DNA of 64,000 nucleotides from Bacilli bacterium (GTDB lineage Bacteria; Bacillota_I; Bacilli_A; RF39; UBA660): NCBI GenBank assembly GCA_017617435.1, contig JAFZWF010000008.1, positions 6,258 to 70,257 of the forward strand, read 5' to 3'. Shown piece by piece: positions 41,887 to 51,312 of this stretch (position 1 is its first letter; each line of letters starts with the position of its first letter). The notes under the pieces were generated by a model. It saw only the letters and a program-made list of their open reading frames with translations, ran no database searches and was not told where the DNA came from. The position numbers and the translations under genes were made by a program.

Positions 41887-43122
41887 TTATTTATTATAGA
41901 TGCCTATAAAGTAGTTCTTTTTACCTTTTTTTAGAATTAATATTTCATTATCAATTAGTTTATCAGAATCAATATATTCGTTTTCATCTGTAACTGGTTC
42001 ATTATTAATTTTTATAGCACCGGCTGAAATAAATTCTCTTGCTTCTCTTCTTGATGAACAAATATTATTATTAACAAGCATCTCTAGAATTGATTCATCA
42101 TTGTTAAGTTTAAATGTTGGAACACCATCAAGTGCACCTAAAATGTCTTCTTTAGATAAAGAGTATATTTCATTGGTAAATAATGCTTTAGATATTTTTT
42201 CGGCTTTTTCGTATTCATCTTTTCCATGAAGATCAGTAATAAATTCTTTTGCTAAAGTTCTTTGTGCGAGTCTTTCTTCTGGTTTCTCATTATGTTTTTT
42301 CATGATATCTTCTATTTCTTCTTTAGAAAGGAACGTAAATACTTTTAAATACTCTTCAACTTTGGAGTCATCAGAATTAATTAGGTATTGGTATAACTTA
42401 TAACTTGATGTTTTGTTTTTATCAAGCCATAAAGCATTACCTTCAGACTTACCAAATTTATTTCCGTTTGCATCAAGTATTAAAGGCATAGTAAATGCAT
42501 TAACACTTTTACCTAATTTCTTTTGAATTAAATCTACACCAGTTGTAATATTACCCCACTGATCAGATCCGGCACACTCTAAAGTTACATTCTTTGTTTC
42601 ATTTAAATATAAATAATCATATCCTTGCATGAGTGTATAGGAAAATTCTGCAAATGTAATACCTGTTTCAAGTCTTCTTCTAATTATATCTTTATCAAGC
42701 ATATAGTTAATATTTATATATTTACCTGTATCTCTTAAAAAATCAATCCAAGAAATATCTTTAAACCAATCGTAGTTATTTACAACTTCTACGTTACCAT
42801 CAAAAATATCTGTAACTTGTTTTTTTATACCATTAATATTTTTTTCAACTAGTTCTTTTGATATTATTTCTCTTTCTGCAGTTGGTCTTGGATCACCTAT
42901 TAAACCTGTTGCACCACCAACTAAAAGTATTGGATGGTGACCTGCTTTAGCAAGCCTTTTAGCTGTTATTAAAGATGAATAGTGTCCAATATGTAAACTA
43001 TCAGCTGTTGGATCAGTTCCCCAGTAAAAACTTATTGGTTCTCCATCTAAAACTTTTTTTAAATCTTCACTTGCTACATCTTTAATTAAACCTCTATACA
43101 TTAAATCTTCATAAAGCGTCAT
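41887..43122 (-). CDS. tyrS: Tyrosine--tRNA ligase
   Basis: HIGH motif (LHIGH), KMSKS-type KFGKS and a C-terminal S4-like domain. The likely start is the ATG at 43122, since the GGAGG RBS lies inside the tracked upstream extension. Confidence 0.95.
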   Translation of the reverse strand: MTLYEDLMYRGLIKDVASEDLKKVLDGEPISFYWGTDPTADSLHIGHYSSLITAKRLAKAGHHPILLVGGATGLIGDPRPTAEREIISKELVEKNINGIKKQVTDIFDGNVEVVNNYDWFKDISWIDFLRDTGKYININYMLDKDIIRRRLETGITFAEFSYTLMQGYDYLYLNETKNVTLECAGSDQWGNITTGVDLIQKKLGKSVNAFTMPLILDANGNKFGKSEGNALWLDKNKTSSYKLYQYLINSDDSKVEEYLKVFTFLSKEEIEDIMKKHNEKPEERLAQRTLAKEFITDLHGKDEYEKAEKISKALFTNEIYSLSKEDILGALDGVPTFKLNNDESILEMLVNNNICSSRREAREFISAGAIKINNEPVTDENEYIDSDKLIDNEILILKKGKKNYFIGIYNK

Positions 43123-43137
43123 ATATATTACCTCCAT

Positions 43138-43280
43138 AAATAAACAAAAAAATCATAAACATAAGGGCGAATAATTAAATCCGTGGTACCACCTTAATTC
43201 ATGATTTCATGCACTTTATTCTTAACGCGAATTAAACGCATCAACTCCTGGGTTGTAAGGCCATTCTTCGTTGATTTCAA
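43138..43280 (-). promoter_or_regulatory. T-box leader (Tyr) upstream of tyrS, unusually compact
   Basis: Conserved T-box sequence AAGGTGGTACCACG on the minus strand, followed by a terminator with a T-run. UAC-A sits in the first hairpin loop. A TTGATA-17-TATAAT promoter lies inside the end of the upstream ORF. Confidence 0.8.
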
Positions 43281-43302
43281 ATTTATTATAAATTAATTAC
43301 TA

Positions 43303-43677
43303 CTAATTATCAAGTAAATCAAGTTTTGCATTAATTTCATTTATAATATTTTTAAGTGCTGGTGTTGATTTTCTTTTTATATATCTTGATAATTCAGATA
43401 GTTTTTCTTTAATATCTTTAATCCTTTCTTTGATTAACTCTGATGCTTTTTCTTGATCTAAATCGTTAATTTTAATTCTTAATTCTTCAAGTTTATCTAA
43501 AGCACCTTGTTTTAAATCACTTAGTTCGAGATTTTTAATTTTTTCTTCTAGCTCATCAAATTTATTTTTAATATCTCTTCTCGTTTCTTTACCTGATTTA
43601 GCTGCAACTAATAATCCAATGCCAAAGCCAATACCTGCTCCAACAATGAACTTTGATAGTCCGCCAGATTTACTCAT
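43303..43677 (-). CDS. YtxH-domain general stress-like protein
   Basis: MSKSGGLSKFIVGAGIGFGIGLLVAAKSGKETR is the typical YtxH N-terminus. The likely start is 43677, preceded by GGAGG and overlapping the upstream stop. Confidence 0.8.
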   Translation of the reverse strand: MSKSGGLSKFIVGAGIGFGIGLLVAAKSGKETRRDIKNKFDELEEKIKNLELSDLKQGALDKLEELRIKINDLDQEKASELIKERIKDIKEKLSELSRYIKRKSTPALKNIINEINAKLDLLDN

Positions 43678-43963
43678 CAGTATCCTCCTTATTATCTTTT
43701 TTCTTTGATAAGAATACTTTACCAAATAAACCTGTAACACCATCAACAACTTTATCTGTAAATGAAGCTATCTTATCAGTTGTAAAATCAATTACATTAA
43801 ATACTTCATCAAGTGATTCAACTTTATCATTAACGTTATCTACCACTTTTTCAACTTTTTTAACTGTTTTAATTGATCTTATAACTAATATTATGCCAAC
43901 AACAAGGATTATAATAATAAGAGCATAAATAATTATTGGTAAAAATGATAGCCAAAATTCCAC
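43670..43963 (-). CDS. DUF948-type membrane protein
   Basis: N-terminal TM helix plus a helical region. Commonly paired with YtxH genes. Confidence 0.65.
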   Translation of the reverse strand: MEFWLSFLPIIIYALIIIILVVGIILVIRSIKTVKKVEKVVDNVNDKVESLDEVFNVIDFTTDKIASFTDKVVDGVTGLFGKVFLSKKKDNKEDTDE

Positions 43964-43966
43964 TTG

Positions 43967-45013
43967 TTATTCACCGTCCTCAGTATTATCATACATCGAA
44001 TCGATTAAATCATACAGATCATTTTCAAGTGTATCATTTTCAAGTGATGACTTTTTCTCCTTTTTACTCTCTTTTTTATCTTCTTTTATTTCTTCTTCGT
44101 CTTCAACTACTGGTTCAATATGACTAGTTAAATCAAGGGCACTGTCTATTTCATCTTCTATCTTACGATATTCTTCAGTAAGATCTAAGTTATCAGTAAT
44201 TGTATCTTCTACATCAATTATTTCATCAGATGCATCTTTTAGAAGTTCATCAATGGTTTTGGTTCTTTCTTTCATTAAATCTTCAGCATCTTCAATTATT
44301 GGCTTTTCAGAAATAATTACATCATCAATTTTTAATTCTTCTATTTTTTCTTCTTTTGGTTTTTCTTTCTTAATTTCGTATGTTTCTTGAACAATTACAG
44401 GTTTTTCTTTCTTTTCTTCTGTAATGTTTTTAAGTTTACCAAAAGCTTTTGCACGAACACTTTCAACATCTAGATCTTTGTTAGTTAAAATAGTTCCTCC
44501 ATTTGGAGTTGCTTCCATAATATCATCAACTTTATAGTCTTTATCTAAAATGCCATAAACTGGTGATATAACAGGACTAGGTTTAAACCTTTTCTTTTCT
44601 TCTTTAACTTCTTCTTTAAAACGATTTGTTTCAACTCTTGAGTATTCGTTTTTCTTTTCTTCTCTTTTTCTTCTTTCAAAATCAAAAGAATTATTAACAG
44701 ATTTTGGTTCCTCTTCTGCTTTTAAAGCTGGCATTGATTTATCAAATTCTTCTTCATCAAATGCTGGAAACTTAAAAGTAGTTTCACTTTTAAATAATTC
44801 TCTTTCACTATAATCTTTTTCTTCTGTTTTAACTTTTTCAAAAACAGGTTCTTTAGGTTTTACTATTTCTTTATGTTCAGGAAGAGGTTTATATTCACTT
44901 ACATCTTTATATAAAGACTCTTCTACTTTAGGTTCATTTGATGAAGTTTCTACTTCTTCATCAATTTCTTCTTCCTCAAATAAAACATTCTTAAGTTTAT
45001 TAAATAGACCCAT
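43967..45013 (-). CDS. Acidic/Lys-rich low-complexity protein with amphipathic N-terminus
   Basis: 348 aa. The N-terminus MGLFNKLKNVLFEEEE resembles membrane-targeting helices of division proteins, but no conserved C-terminal domain is recognisable. Confidence 0.6.
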   Translation of the reverse strand: MGLFNKLKNVLFEEEEIDEEVETSSNEPKVEESLYKDVSEYKPLPEHKEIVKPKEPVFEKVKTEEKDYSERELFKSETTFKFPAFDEEEFDKSMPALKAEEEPKSVNNSFDFERRKREEKKNEYSRVETNRFKEEVKEEKKRFKPSPVISPVYGILDKDYKVDDIMEATPNGGTILTNKDLDVESVRAKAFGKLKNITEEKKEKPVIVQETYEIKKEKPKEEKIEELKIDDVIISEKPIIEDAEDLMKERTKTIDELLKDASDEIIDVEDTITDNLDLTEEYRKIEDEIDSALDLTSHIEPVVEDEEEIKEDKKESKKEKKSSLENDTLENDLYDLIDSMYDNTEDGE

Positions 45014-45026
45014 TTAAATCACCTTT

Positions 45027-45665
45027 CTAATTAACTAAATCCATATCTGGAATAACATCTTTATCATATCTAACATCATCAACATATTTTAAAGTGTTAG
45101 AGTCACTTTTTTCTTTAGAAAATATATCTACAGTTTCTTCATAAGTATTAAATACGTCTTCACCCAAAGAGTTACTTATGACGATATCATTATATTTAAT
45201 AGTTGATAAAATACTAAGTGAGAAAGCAACAGCTTCATTAATACTTTTCTTATCTACCATTACTTCTATTTTAGCATAATTATACATAATTTCAATTAGA
45301 TATTGATTATCCTCAAGTTCATTAATTTCAATATAACCAAGTTTATCTTTATTAATAATTCTTTTTGAATAATAAGATATATCATTTTCAGTATAGTCAT
45401 TATTTGTTTTATTATAATAACTAACTGTATCTATATATAAATAATATAAATTATCATTACTTCTTAATACTTCATTATAATTTGTAGTCTCAATTACACT
45501 CATTTGTTGAGGCTTATAATACTTATAACCAATTCTAACAGTATTTGTATGGTTATTTTTGGCGTTTAAAGCTTCTTTAGTTAACTTATCAATACTACTT
45601 TTATTAACGTTACTGCAGCCACATAAAATAAATAACATAACTGCTAAAATGAAATATTTCTTCAT
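45027..45665 (-). CDS. Putative lipoprotein
   Basis: Signal peptide with lipobox ILCGC. 212 aa. Confidence 0.65.
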   Translation of the reverse strand: MKKYFILAVMLFILCGCSNVNKSSIDKLTKEALNAKNNHTNTVRIGYKYYKPQQMSVIETTNYNEVLRSNDNLYYLYIDTVSYYNKTNNDYTENDISYYSKRIINKDKLGYIEINELEDNQYLIEIMYNYAKIEVMVDKKSINEAVAFSLSILSTIKYNDIVISNSLGEDVFNTYEETVDIFSKEKSDSNTLKYVDDVRYDKDVIPDMDLVN

Positions 45666-45715
45666 GTTAGCCTCCTATAGAAAATTATATCAAATAAGGT
45701 AGTAAAAAAAAATAA

Positions 45716-46351
45716 TTATTTTTTTACTACTTTTAAATAATTAATTTTTACGCCTTTAGATGAGAACTTCTTTTCATATTCTGTTTCAATATTAAATCTA
45801 TCTTCTTCACTATGTAGATCAAGAGATGCTTCTTTAATTATATAGCCATATTCACTTAGTGAAACTAGTGAATATGCATATAAACCTATATTATCAGTTT
45901 TCATAATGATAGTTTTATCATTTTTAAAAATAGAATCATAAACCTTTAAAAAACTAACTGAAGTAAGTCTTCTTTTTTCTTGTCTTTTTTTAGGCCATGG
46001 ATCAGAAAAATTTAGATATATGTTATCCACTTCTTTTTCGAAAACTTCATTTAGATTAGAAGCATCAATTTTAATAATTCTTAAGTTTTCGGGTATGTTT
46101 TCGTTTATATTATTTATTGCTCTTGCAATAACGCCATCAAACTTTTCAATTCCAATAAAGTTAATGTTAGGAAATACTAAAGCCATTTCTTTTATAAATG
46201 TACCTTTTCCCATACCTATTTCGATATGTATTGGTTTATTATTTTTAAATATTTCTTTTAACCATTTTCCTTTATAATCTTTTGGGTTATTTATAATATA
46301 TGTGCAGTTATTAATAAGTTCATCTTTATTTTTTAAATTTCTAAGTCTCAT
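45716..46351 (-). CDS. trmB: tRNA (guanine46-N7)-methyltransferase
   Basis: MRLRN...KGKW...F.N..PIHIEIGMGKGTFI...NFIGIE and NFSDPWPKKR motifs. Confidence 0.9.
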   Translation of the reverse strand: MRLRNLKNKDELINNCTYIINNPKDYKGKWLKEIFKNNKPIHIEIGMGKGTFIKEMALVFPNINFIGIEKFDGVIARAINNINENIPENLRIIKIDASNLNEVFEKEVDNIYLNFSDPWPKKRQEKRRLTSVSFLKVYDSIFKNDKTIIMKTDNIGLYAYSLVSLSEYGYIIKEASLDLHSEEDRFNIETEYEKKFSSKGVKINYLKVVKK

Positions 46352-46403
46352 AAACACCATCCTTAAATAAATACATATAATAAGTTGTAAGGAGAAATAT
46401 CAA

Positions 46404-46688
46404 ATGAGAAAAGAAAGAAATAGTTTTTTTCAAGAACAAGGATATAACCAAGGATACTTCTTTAACAACCAAATACCTCAAATGCCTCAAATGGAAGCAT
46501 CATCATCTTTTTACATGAATCAAAATATGAATCAAGGTAATTATCAATATAATGATTTTAACACAAGATTATCAAGACTTGAAAGACAAGTAAATCGACT
46601 TGAGTCAAGAATTAATAAACTTGAAGTAAATACACCTATTTCTTCAAATGAAGAAATAGATAATCAAACAAATATGTATATGATTTAA
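46404..46688 (+). CDS. Gln/Asn-rich small protein with coiled-coil segment
   Basis: GGAGA RBS. 94 aa. Contains RLSRLERQVNRLESRINKLE. Confidence 0.55.
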   Translation: MRKERNSFFQEQGYNQGYFFNNQIPQMPQMEASSSFYMNQNMNQGNYQYNDFNTRLSRLERQVNRLESRINKLEVNTPISSNEEIDNQTNMYMI

Positions 46689-46716
46689 TTAATTAAATCG
46701 CATTTAATATTTTACA

Positions 46717-46753
46717 ACAAAAAAGTATGACTTTAAAGTCATACTTATTTTTT
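46717..46753. terminator. Bidirectional rho-independent terminator
   Basis: Perfect palindrome aagtatgacttt/aaagtcatactt with a flanking A-run and T-run. Confidence 0.8.
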
Positions 46754-46922
46754 ACGTATATATAATCATTGCAGAAAAACAGTATATCTGATCTTCCCCA
46801 CTAACAGATACAGATACTCCAAATTTAATATCTATTACATTTATGTCATTATCATATAAAAAATTGTTAATTTGTTCTTCTAAATCTTTTTCGTGTACTT
46901 CATCAAATAATTTTACTTTCAT
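46752..46922 (-). CDS. cse60: Sporulation protein Cse60 (56 aa; below the ORF-track size cutoff)
   Basis: My translation: MKVKLFDEVHEKDLEEQINNFLYDNDINVIDIKFGVSVSVSGEDQIYCFSAMIIYT. It matches the Cse60 pattern (KVK.FDE.HEKDLE...VIDIK......FSAMI.Y). Confidence 0.7.
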   Translation of the reverse strand: MKVKLFDEVHEKDLEEQINNFLYDNDINVIDIKFGVSVSVSGEDQIYCFSAMIIYT

Positions 46923-47133
46923 AATATTTTTATATCTCCTTTGTTTATAAAAATTATATAAAATTAAACTTAAAAACTATGTCGTAAAATAGATGAAAAA
47001 TACTACTTTACTTATTAATTAAAAATGATATAATAATTAAACCTAATAAAAAAGGAACATATACGTATAAAACTAAATCTAACCAATATGATATATGTAA
47101 AACATAATTATATTAATTGAAAGGAATGATATC

Positions 47134-47826
47134 ATGGGTAATTTTGATTTTAAATTTATGATCATAAAAGAGATTAGAAAATTTAGTACTAATAATGAAT
47201 ATAAAGAAGGAATTATTGATTATTTTATTATTAGTGACACATTTAAAACAATTGGTAATATAAATATAAGTGATGATGATGTAACAAGAACTTATAAGAA
47301 AAATGATAATGGGGATATTACTATTACTTTAAATACTAAAAAAGATATTATAGAAAACGGAAAAGAAATATCTTTAGAAGCAACAATTGCAACAATTGTT
47401 CAAAGTGGAGATTTAATTATCGTTACAATTGAATATAATGGTAAAAAATCTGTTACTGTTATTGGTAAAGGTTCTATTACAAATACACTTACTTACTATA
47501 ATGAAGATATTGATTGTATTACTGAGGCTAAAACTGTTTCATTTACTGAAAAAGATGAACCATATAAGTATACTTCAAAAATTGACGTTAACGAAAAACA
47601 TATATATGAAGGAACACTTACTGATATTCATAATATTATTAATGGTCGTGCAATGTTTGATTTTTCATCACCTGATAAATTAAAATCTCATTCATTTTTA
47701 AAAGGTGATATTGTTGGTGCTAACTATAACAGTCATGTTGGAGTATTTACAAATAATATATTTGTAAGACTTGATAATGAACTTGCAAGTAGATATGCTA
47801 AAAAAATAAGTAAAAATAGAAAATAA
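47134..47826 (+). CDS. Hypothetical protein
   Basis: 230-aa ORF with an AAAGGAA RBS. No recognisable motif. Confidence 0.6.
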   Translation: MGNFDFKFMIIKEIRKFSTNNEYKEGIIDYFIISDTFKTIGNINISDDDVTRTYKKNDNGDITITLNTKKDIIENGKEISLEATIATIVQSGDLIIVTIEYNGKKSVTVIGKGSITNTLTYYNEDIDCITEAKTVSFTEKDEPYKYTSKIDVNEKHIYEGTLTDIHNIINGRAMFDFSSPDKLKSHSFLKGDIVGANYNSHVGVFTNNIFVRLDNELASRYAKKISKNRK

Positions 47827-47829
47827 CAT

Positions 47830-47862
47830 AAAAAAAATGATTCCTATTGGAATCGTTTTTTT
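47830..47862. terminator. Bidirectional rho-independent terminator
   Basis: Hairpin gattcc-tatt-ggaatc with an A-run and a T-run. Confidence 0.75.
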
Positions 47863-47870
47863 ATGTTAAA

Positions 47871-48434
47871 TTATCTTGTTTTTTTAGCAGTTGGTTTAAT
47901 TAAGAAAATTGTACCAACTAAAGCGATAACAAATACTGAAACGCAAATAATAATTGATTTAGTTTCGCCATCGCCTTTATCTGTAGATGTTCCACCAATG
48001 CTTGGTGTTTTACCTTTTCCAAATTGACCAACAACATCTTTGTCGCCTTCTTCATAAGCTTGATCAATATAAGATTCTAAGCTTGTTGAATAACCAGCAG
48101 CAGCATAAATATCACTGATAACTACAAATGGAGTTCCTTGATAAGATGCATCTTCAAATCCAGCTTCTTGGAATGCAGTTGCAACTTTATAACCAAGTTC
48201 GTAGTCTTTACCTCTTTCCCAATCAATATGGTCTACATAAAGTTCCTTTTCAATGATTTCGAACTTAGTACCATATCCATCTAAACCTTTAAGATATTCT
48301 TCTTCAAGTTCACAGTAAGGACATCCACCAGCAACGAATAAATAAACTTTAACTTTATCTTTTGCTTTTGCATTAAATACAAAACCAAAAGCAACTAAAG
48401 TTAAAAGTAATAACATACTGAATAATTTTTTCAT
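47871..48434 (-). CDS. Exported, membrane-tethered thioredoxin-fold CxxC protein (putative thiol-disulfide oxidoreductase)
   Basis: Signal peptide from MKKLFSMLLLL, preceded by a GGAGGAGG RBS. Motif VAGGCPYCE. C-terminal TM helix and basic tail. Confidence 0.75.
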   Translation of the reverse strand: MKKLFSMLLLLTLVAFGFVFNAKAKDKVKVYLFVAGGCPYCELEEEYLKGLDGYGTKFEIIEKELYVDHIDWERGKDYELGYKVATAFQEAGFEDASYQGTPFVVISDIYAAAGYSTSLESYIDQAYEEGDKDVVGQFGKGKTPSIGGTSTDKGDGETKSIIICVSVFVIALVGTIFLIKPTAKKTR

Positions 48435-48517
48435 TTTACTTCCTCCTCCCAACTTAAATTCTCCTTCCAAAAAAATTATATATTTTTTTTAACAAAAATG
48501 CAATTAATAAATTAGTA

Positions 48518-48547
48518 TTGAATATTAATAAATAATTATTATATAAT
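48518..48547 (+). promoter_or_regulatory. SigA-type promoter for a short plus-strand RNA
   Basis: TTGAAT (48518-48523), 18-nt spacer, TATAAT (48542-48547). Confidence 0.55.
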
Positions 48548-48553
48548 AAATGT

Positions 48554-48626
48554 GTAAGTGTTACCTAGTCGGGTGATGCCTACTTAATGTTTCGGACACC
48601 ACGCCTTACGGCTGGTGTTCTTTTTA
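48554..48626 (+). ncRNA. Candidate ~70-nt antisense sRNA (putative type I antitoxin)
   Basis: Runs from the promoter above to a GC-rich hairpin (48595-48620, two bulges) plus a T-run. Convergent with the small toxin-like ORF and overlapping its stop codon and 3' region. Confidence 0.4.
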
Positions 48627-48692
48627 AATTAATTCTAAAATAACTAGAATTAATAGAATCTCGATGATTAGGGAACTTAAATCCTTTCTCAT
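48624..48692 (-). CDS. Candidate Fst-like type I toxin peptide (22 aa)
   Basis: My translation: MRKDLSSLIIEILLILVILELI, preceded by a GGGAGGTGGAG RBS. Resembles the start of Fst as I recall it (MKDLMSLVIAPIFVGLVLEMI). Follows a long, relatively GC-rich 5' leader. Confidence 0.45.
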   Translation of the reverse strand: MRKDLSSLIIEILLILVILELI

Positions 48693-48867
48693 GACTCCAC
48701 CTCCCTTTAATAAACCCCCTGGTTACTCAGTACAACTGAGCATATTAAAATTAAGTGAAGTAGACACGACCAACATAGGTAACGTATGCATTTTACATCA
48801 AATTATCCCGACACGTTTTGTTTTATGACATATATTTATGTATATAGACAAAGCTTCTAATCATTCG

Positions 48868-48897
48868 ACAAAAAAACGATTCTCTAGAATCGCTTTT
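48868..48897 (-). terminator. Rho-independent terminator after leuS
   Basis: Hairpin cgattc-tcta-gaatcg with a flanking A-run and T-run, directly after the leuS stop. Confidence 0.8.
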
Positions 48898-51312
48898 TTA
48901 TTTAACTACAATATTAACAATTTTATTTGGAACAACTATAACTTTAACTATCTCTAATCCATCTGTAAATTTTTTAACATTTTCATTAGATTTAGCAAGT
49001 TCTTCCACTTCCTCTTTAGGAGCATCTTTCTTAATATCAATTGTTCCTCTTAATTTACCATTAACTTGAACACCAATTGTTATATTATCTTCAATAGTTT
49101 TTTCTTCATCATAAGTAGGCCATGGTTCATAAGCTATTGTTTCATTATGACCCAATCTTTCCCAAATCTCTTCAGTAATATGTGGACATAATGGATTTAA
49201 TAATTTAATAAATCCTTCAGCATATTCTCTTGGGAATTTTTCTTCTTTATTAACTGCGTTAATAAAGATCATCATTTGAGAAATTGCAGTATTTATACAT
49301 AAGTTTTCATAGTCATTAGTTACTTTTTTAACTGTTTGATGATAAATCTTTTCTAAATTCTTATTTTCTTCATCAGTTATTTTATTTTCTTCTGTATAAA
49401 GTCTAAAGACTCTATCAATAAACTTCTTAGCACCAACAACTGCATCATCATTCCATGGTTTATCAGCATCAAGTGGTCCCATAAACATTTCATAAAGTCT
49501 TAAAGTATCAGCACCAAAGTCTCTTATAATATCTGATGGATTAATACAATACTCTGGGAATCTTTTACCCATTTTAAGACCATTAGATCCTAAAATCATT
49601 CCTTGATGAACTAACTTTTTAAAAGGTTCAGATACAGGAACTAATCCTTTATCATATAAGTATTCATTCCACATTCTTGAATATAGTAAGTGACCTACTG
49701 CATGTTCTGGTCCACCAACATAAAGGTCTACTGGCATCCAATGTTTTAAAAGTTCTGGATCAGCAAAACATTTATCATTATGTGGATCTATATATCTTAA
49801 GAAATACCAACTTGATCCAGCAGAACCTGGCATAGTTGATGTTTCTCTTCTACCTTTAATTCCATCAACTTCAACATTTACCCATGATGGATCGTTTTCA
49901 AGAGGAGCATTACCATTATGACCTTTATAATCATCAAGTGTAGGAAGTATTAATGGTAAATCTTCATCAGAAATTGCAATGCTTCTTCCATCTTCTAAAT
50001 GAATAACAGGTACTGGTTCTCCCCAATATCTTTGACGAGCAAAAATCCATTCTCTTAATCTATAGTTAGTTTTTTCTTCACCAACACCCATATCAACTAA
50101 TTTCTTAGTAATAGCTTTTTTTGCTTCTTCAACAGTAAGTCCAGTAAATTCTTCACTATTTATTAGTTTACATCCTTTTCCTAAGTAATCCCCTTTTTCG
50201 AATGCTTCGTTTGATACATCTTTACCTTCGATTACTTGAATCATAGGAATGTTATATTTAACAGCATATTCAAAGTCTCTTTGATCATGTGATGGAACAG
50301 CCATAACAGCACCTGTTCCATAGCTTGCTAAAACAAAATCTCCTAAGAATACTTCTACTTCTTTACCATTAACAGGATTAATAGCATAAATACCTTTTAA
50401 ACATACTCCATTTTTATCTTTGTTTAACTCTGTTCTATCAATATCACTTTTTTTAGCAGTTTCTTCTCTATATTTAACAACTTCATCCCAGTTTTCTATT
50501 CTATCTTTAAGTTCATCAACTAAAGGATTTTCAGGAGCTAAAACCATAAATGTAATACCATATATTGTTTCAATACATGTAGTATATATTTTAAATGATC
50601 CTCCACCCTTGATTTCAAACTTAACTTCTACGCCAGTTGATTTACCAATCCAGTTTCTTTGAATTTCTTTTGTTGATTCAGGCCAGTCAAGTTCATCTAA
50701 ACCAGCTAGTAACTTTTCAGCATATTTAGGTATATCAATAACCCATTGTTTCATATTTTTACGAATTACTGGATATCCACCACGCTCAGATTTACCATCA
50801 ATAACTTCATCGTTAGATAAAACTGTACCAAGTTCTTCACACCAGTTTACTGGCATATCAATATATTTAGCGTAGCCATCATTAAATAACTGTTTAAATA
50901 TCCACTGAGTCCACTTGTAGTAATTTGGATCAGATGTTGATATTTCTCTATCCCAGTCATAACTAAAACCTAAGGATTTTAATTGTGCTCTAAATGTTTT
51001 AATATTTTCGTTTGTAAAAATTGCAGGATGATTTCCTGTAGAAATAGCATACTGCTCTGCTGGAAGTCCAAAGGAATCATAGCCCATTGGGTGAAGGACA
51101 TTATATCCTTGCATCCTTTTCATACGACATACAACATCTGTTGCAGTATATCCCTCTGGATGACCTGCATGAAGTCCTACACCAGATGGATATGGAAACA
51201 TATCAAGAGCATAAAACTTTGGTTTTGAAAAATCATAACCATCAGTTTTAAATGTTTTATGTTCTTCCCAATAGTTTTGCCATTTCTTTTCTATTTCACT
51301 ATAATTATTCAT
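48898..51312 (-). CDS. leuS: Leucine--tRNA ligase
   Basis: 804 aa. N-terminus [17 protein letters not shown]-type [13 protein letters not shown]-type LKMGKR, and the CP1 editing domain length. Confidence 0.95.
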   Translation of the reverse strand: MNNYSEIEKKWQNYWEEHKTFKTDGYDFSKPKFYALDMFPYPSGVGLHAGHPEGYTATDVVCRMKRMQGYNVLHPMGYDSFGLPAEQYAISTGNHPAIFTNENIKTFRAQLKSLGFSYDWDREISTSDPNYYKWTQWIFKQLFNDGYAKYIDMPVNWCEELGTVLSNDEVIDGKSERGGYPVIRKNMKQWVIDIPKYAEKLLAGLDELDWPESTKEIQRNWIGKSTGVEVKFEIKGGGSFKIYTTCIETIYGITFMVLAPENPLVDELKDRIENWDEVVKYREETAKKSDIDRTELNKDKNGVCLKGIYAINPVNGKEVEVFLGDFVLASYGTGAVMAVPSHDQRDFEYAVKYNIPMIQVIEGKDVSNEAFEKGDYLGKGCKLINSEEFTGLTVEEAKKAITKKLVDMGVGEEKTNYRLREWIFARQRYWGEPVPVIHLEDGRSIAISDEDLPLILPTLDDYKGHNGNAPLENDPSWVNVEVDGIKGRRETSTMPGSAGSSWYFLRYIDPHNDKCFADPELLKHWMPVDLYVGGPEHAVGHLLYSRMWNEYLYDKGLVPVSEPFKKLVHQGMILGSNGLKMGKRFPEYCINPSDIIRDFGADTLRLYEMFMGPLDADKPWNDDAVVGAKKFIDRVFRLYTEENKITDEENKNLEKIYHQTVKKVTNDYENLCINTAISQMMIFINAVNKEEKFPREYAEGFIKLLNPLCPHITEEIWERLGHNETIAYEPWPTYDEEKTIEDNITIGVQVNGKLRGTIDIKKDAPKEEVEELAKSNENVKKFTDGLEIVKVIVVPNKIVNIVVK

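Noticed and set aside
43967-45013. Annotating the 348-aa acidic protein as cell-division protein SepF.
   Set aside because: Only the N-terminal amphipathic MGLFNKLKN... segment resembles SepF. The conserved SepF C-terminal domain is not recognisable.
48540-48860. The relatively GC-rich ~320-nt non-coding gap was considered as tmRNA, SRP RNA, RNase P RNA or 6S RNA.
   Set aside because: I could not find the hallmark motifs on either strand: no GGUUCGA T-arm/CCA end or tag ORF, no GUCAGGUCCGGAAGGAAGCAGC-like SRP domain IV, and no GAGGAAAGUCC. The promoter, terminator and mini-ORF layout fits a type I TA pair better, though that is still unproven.
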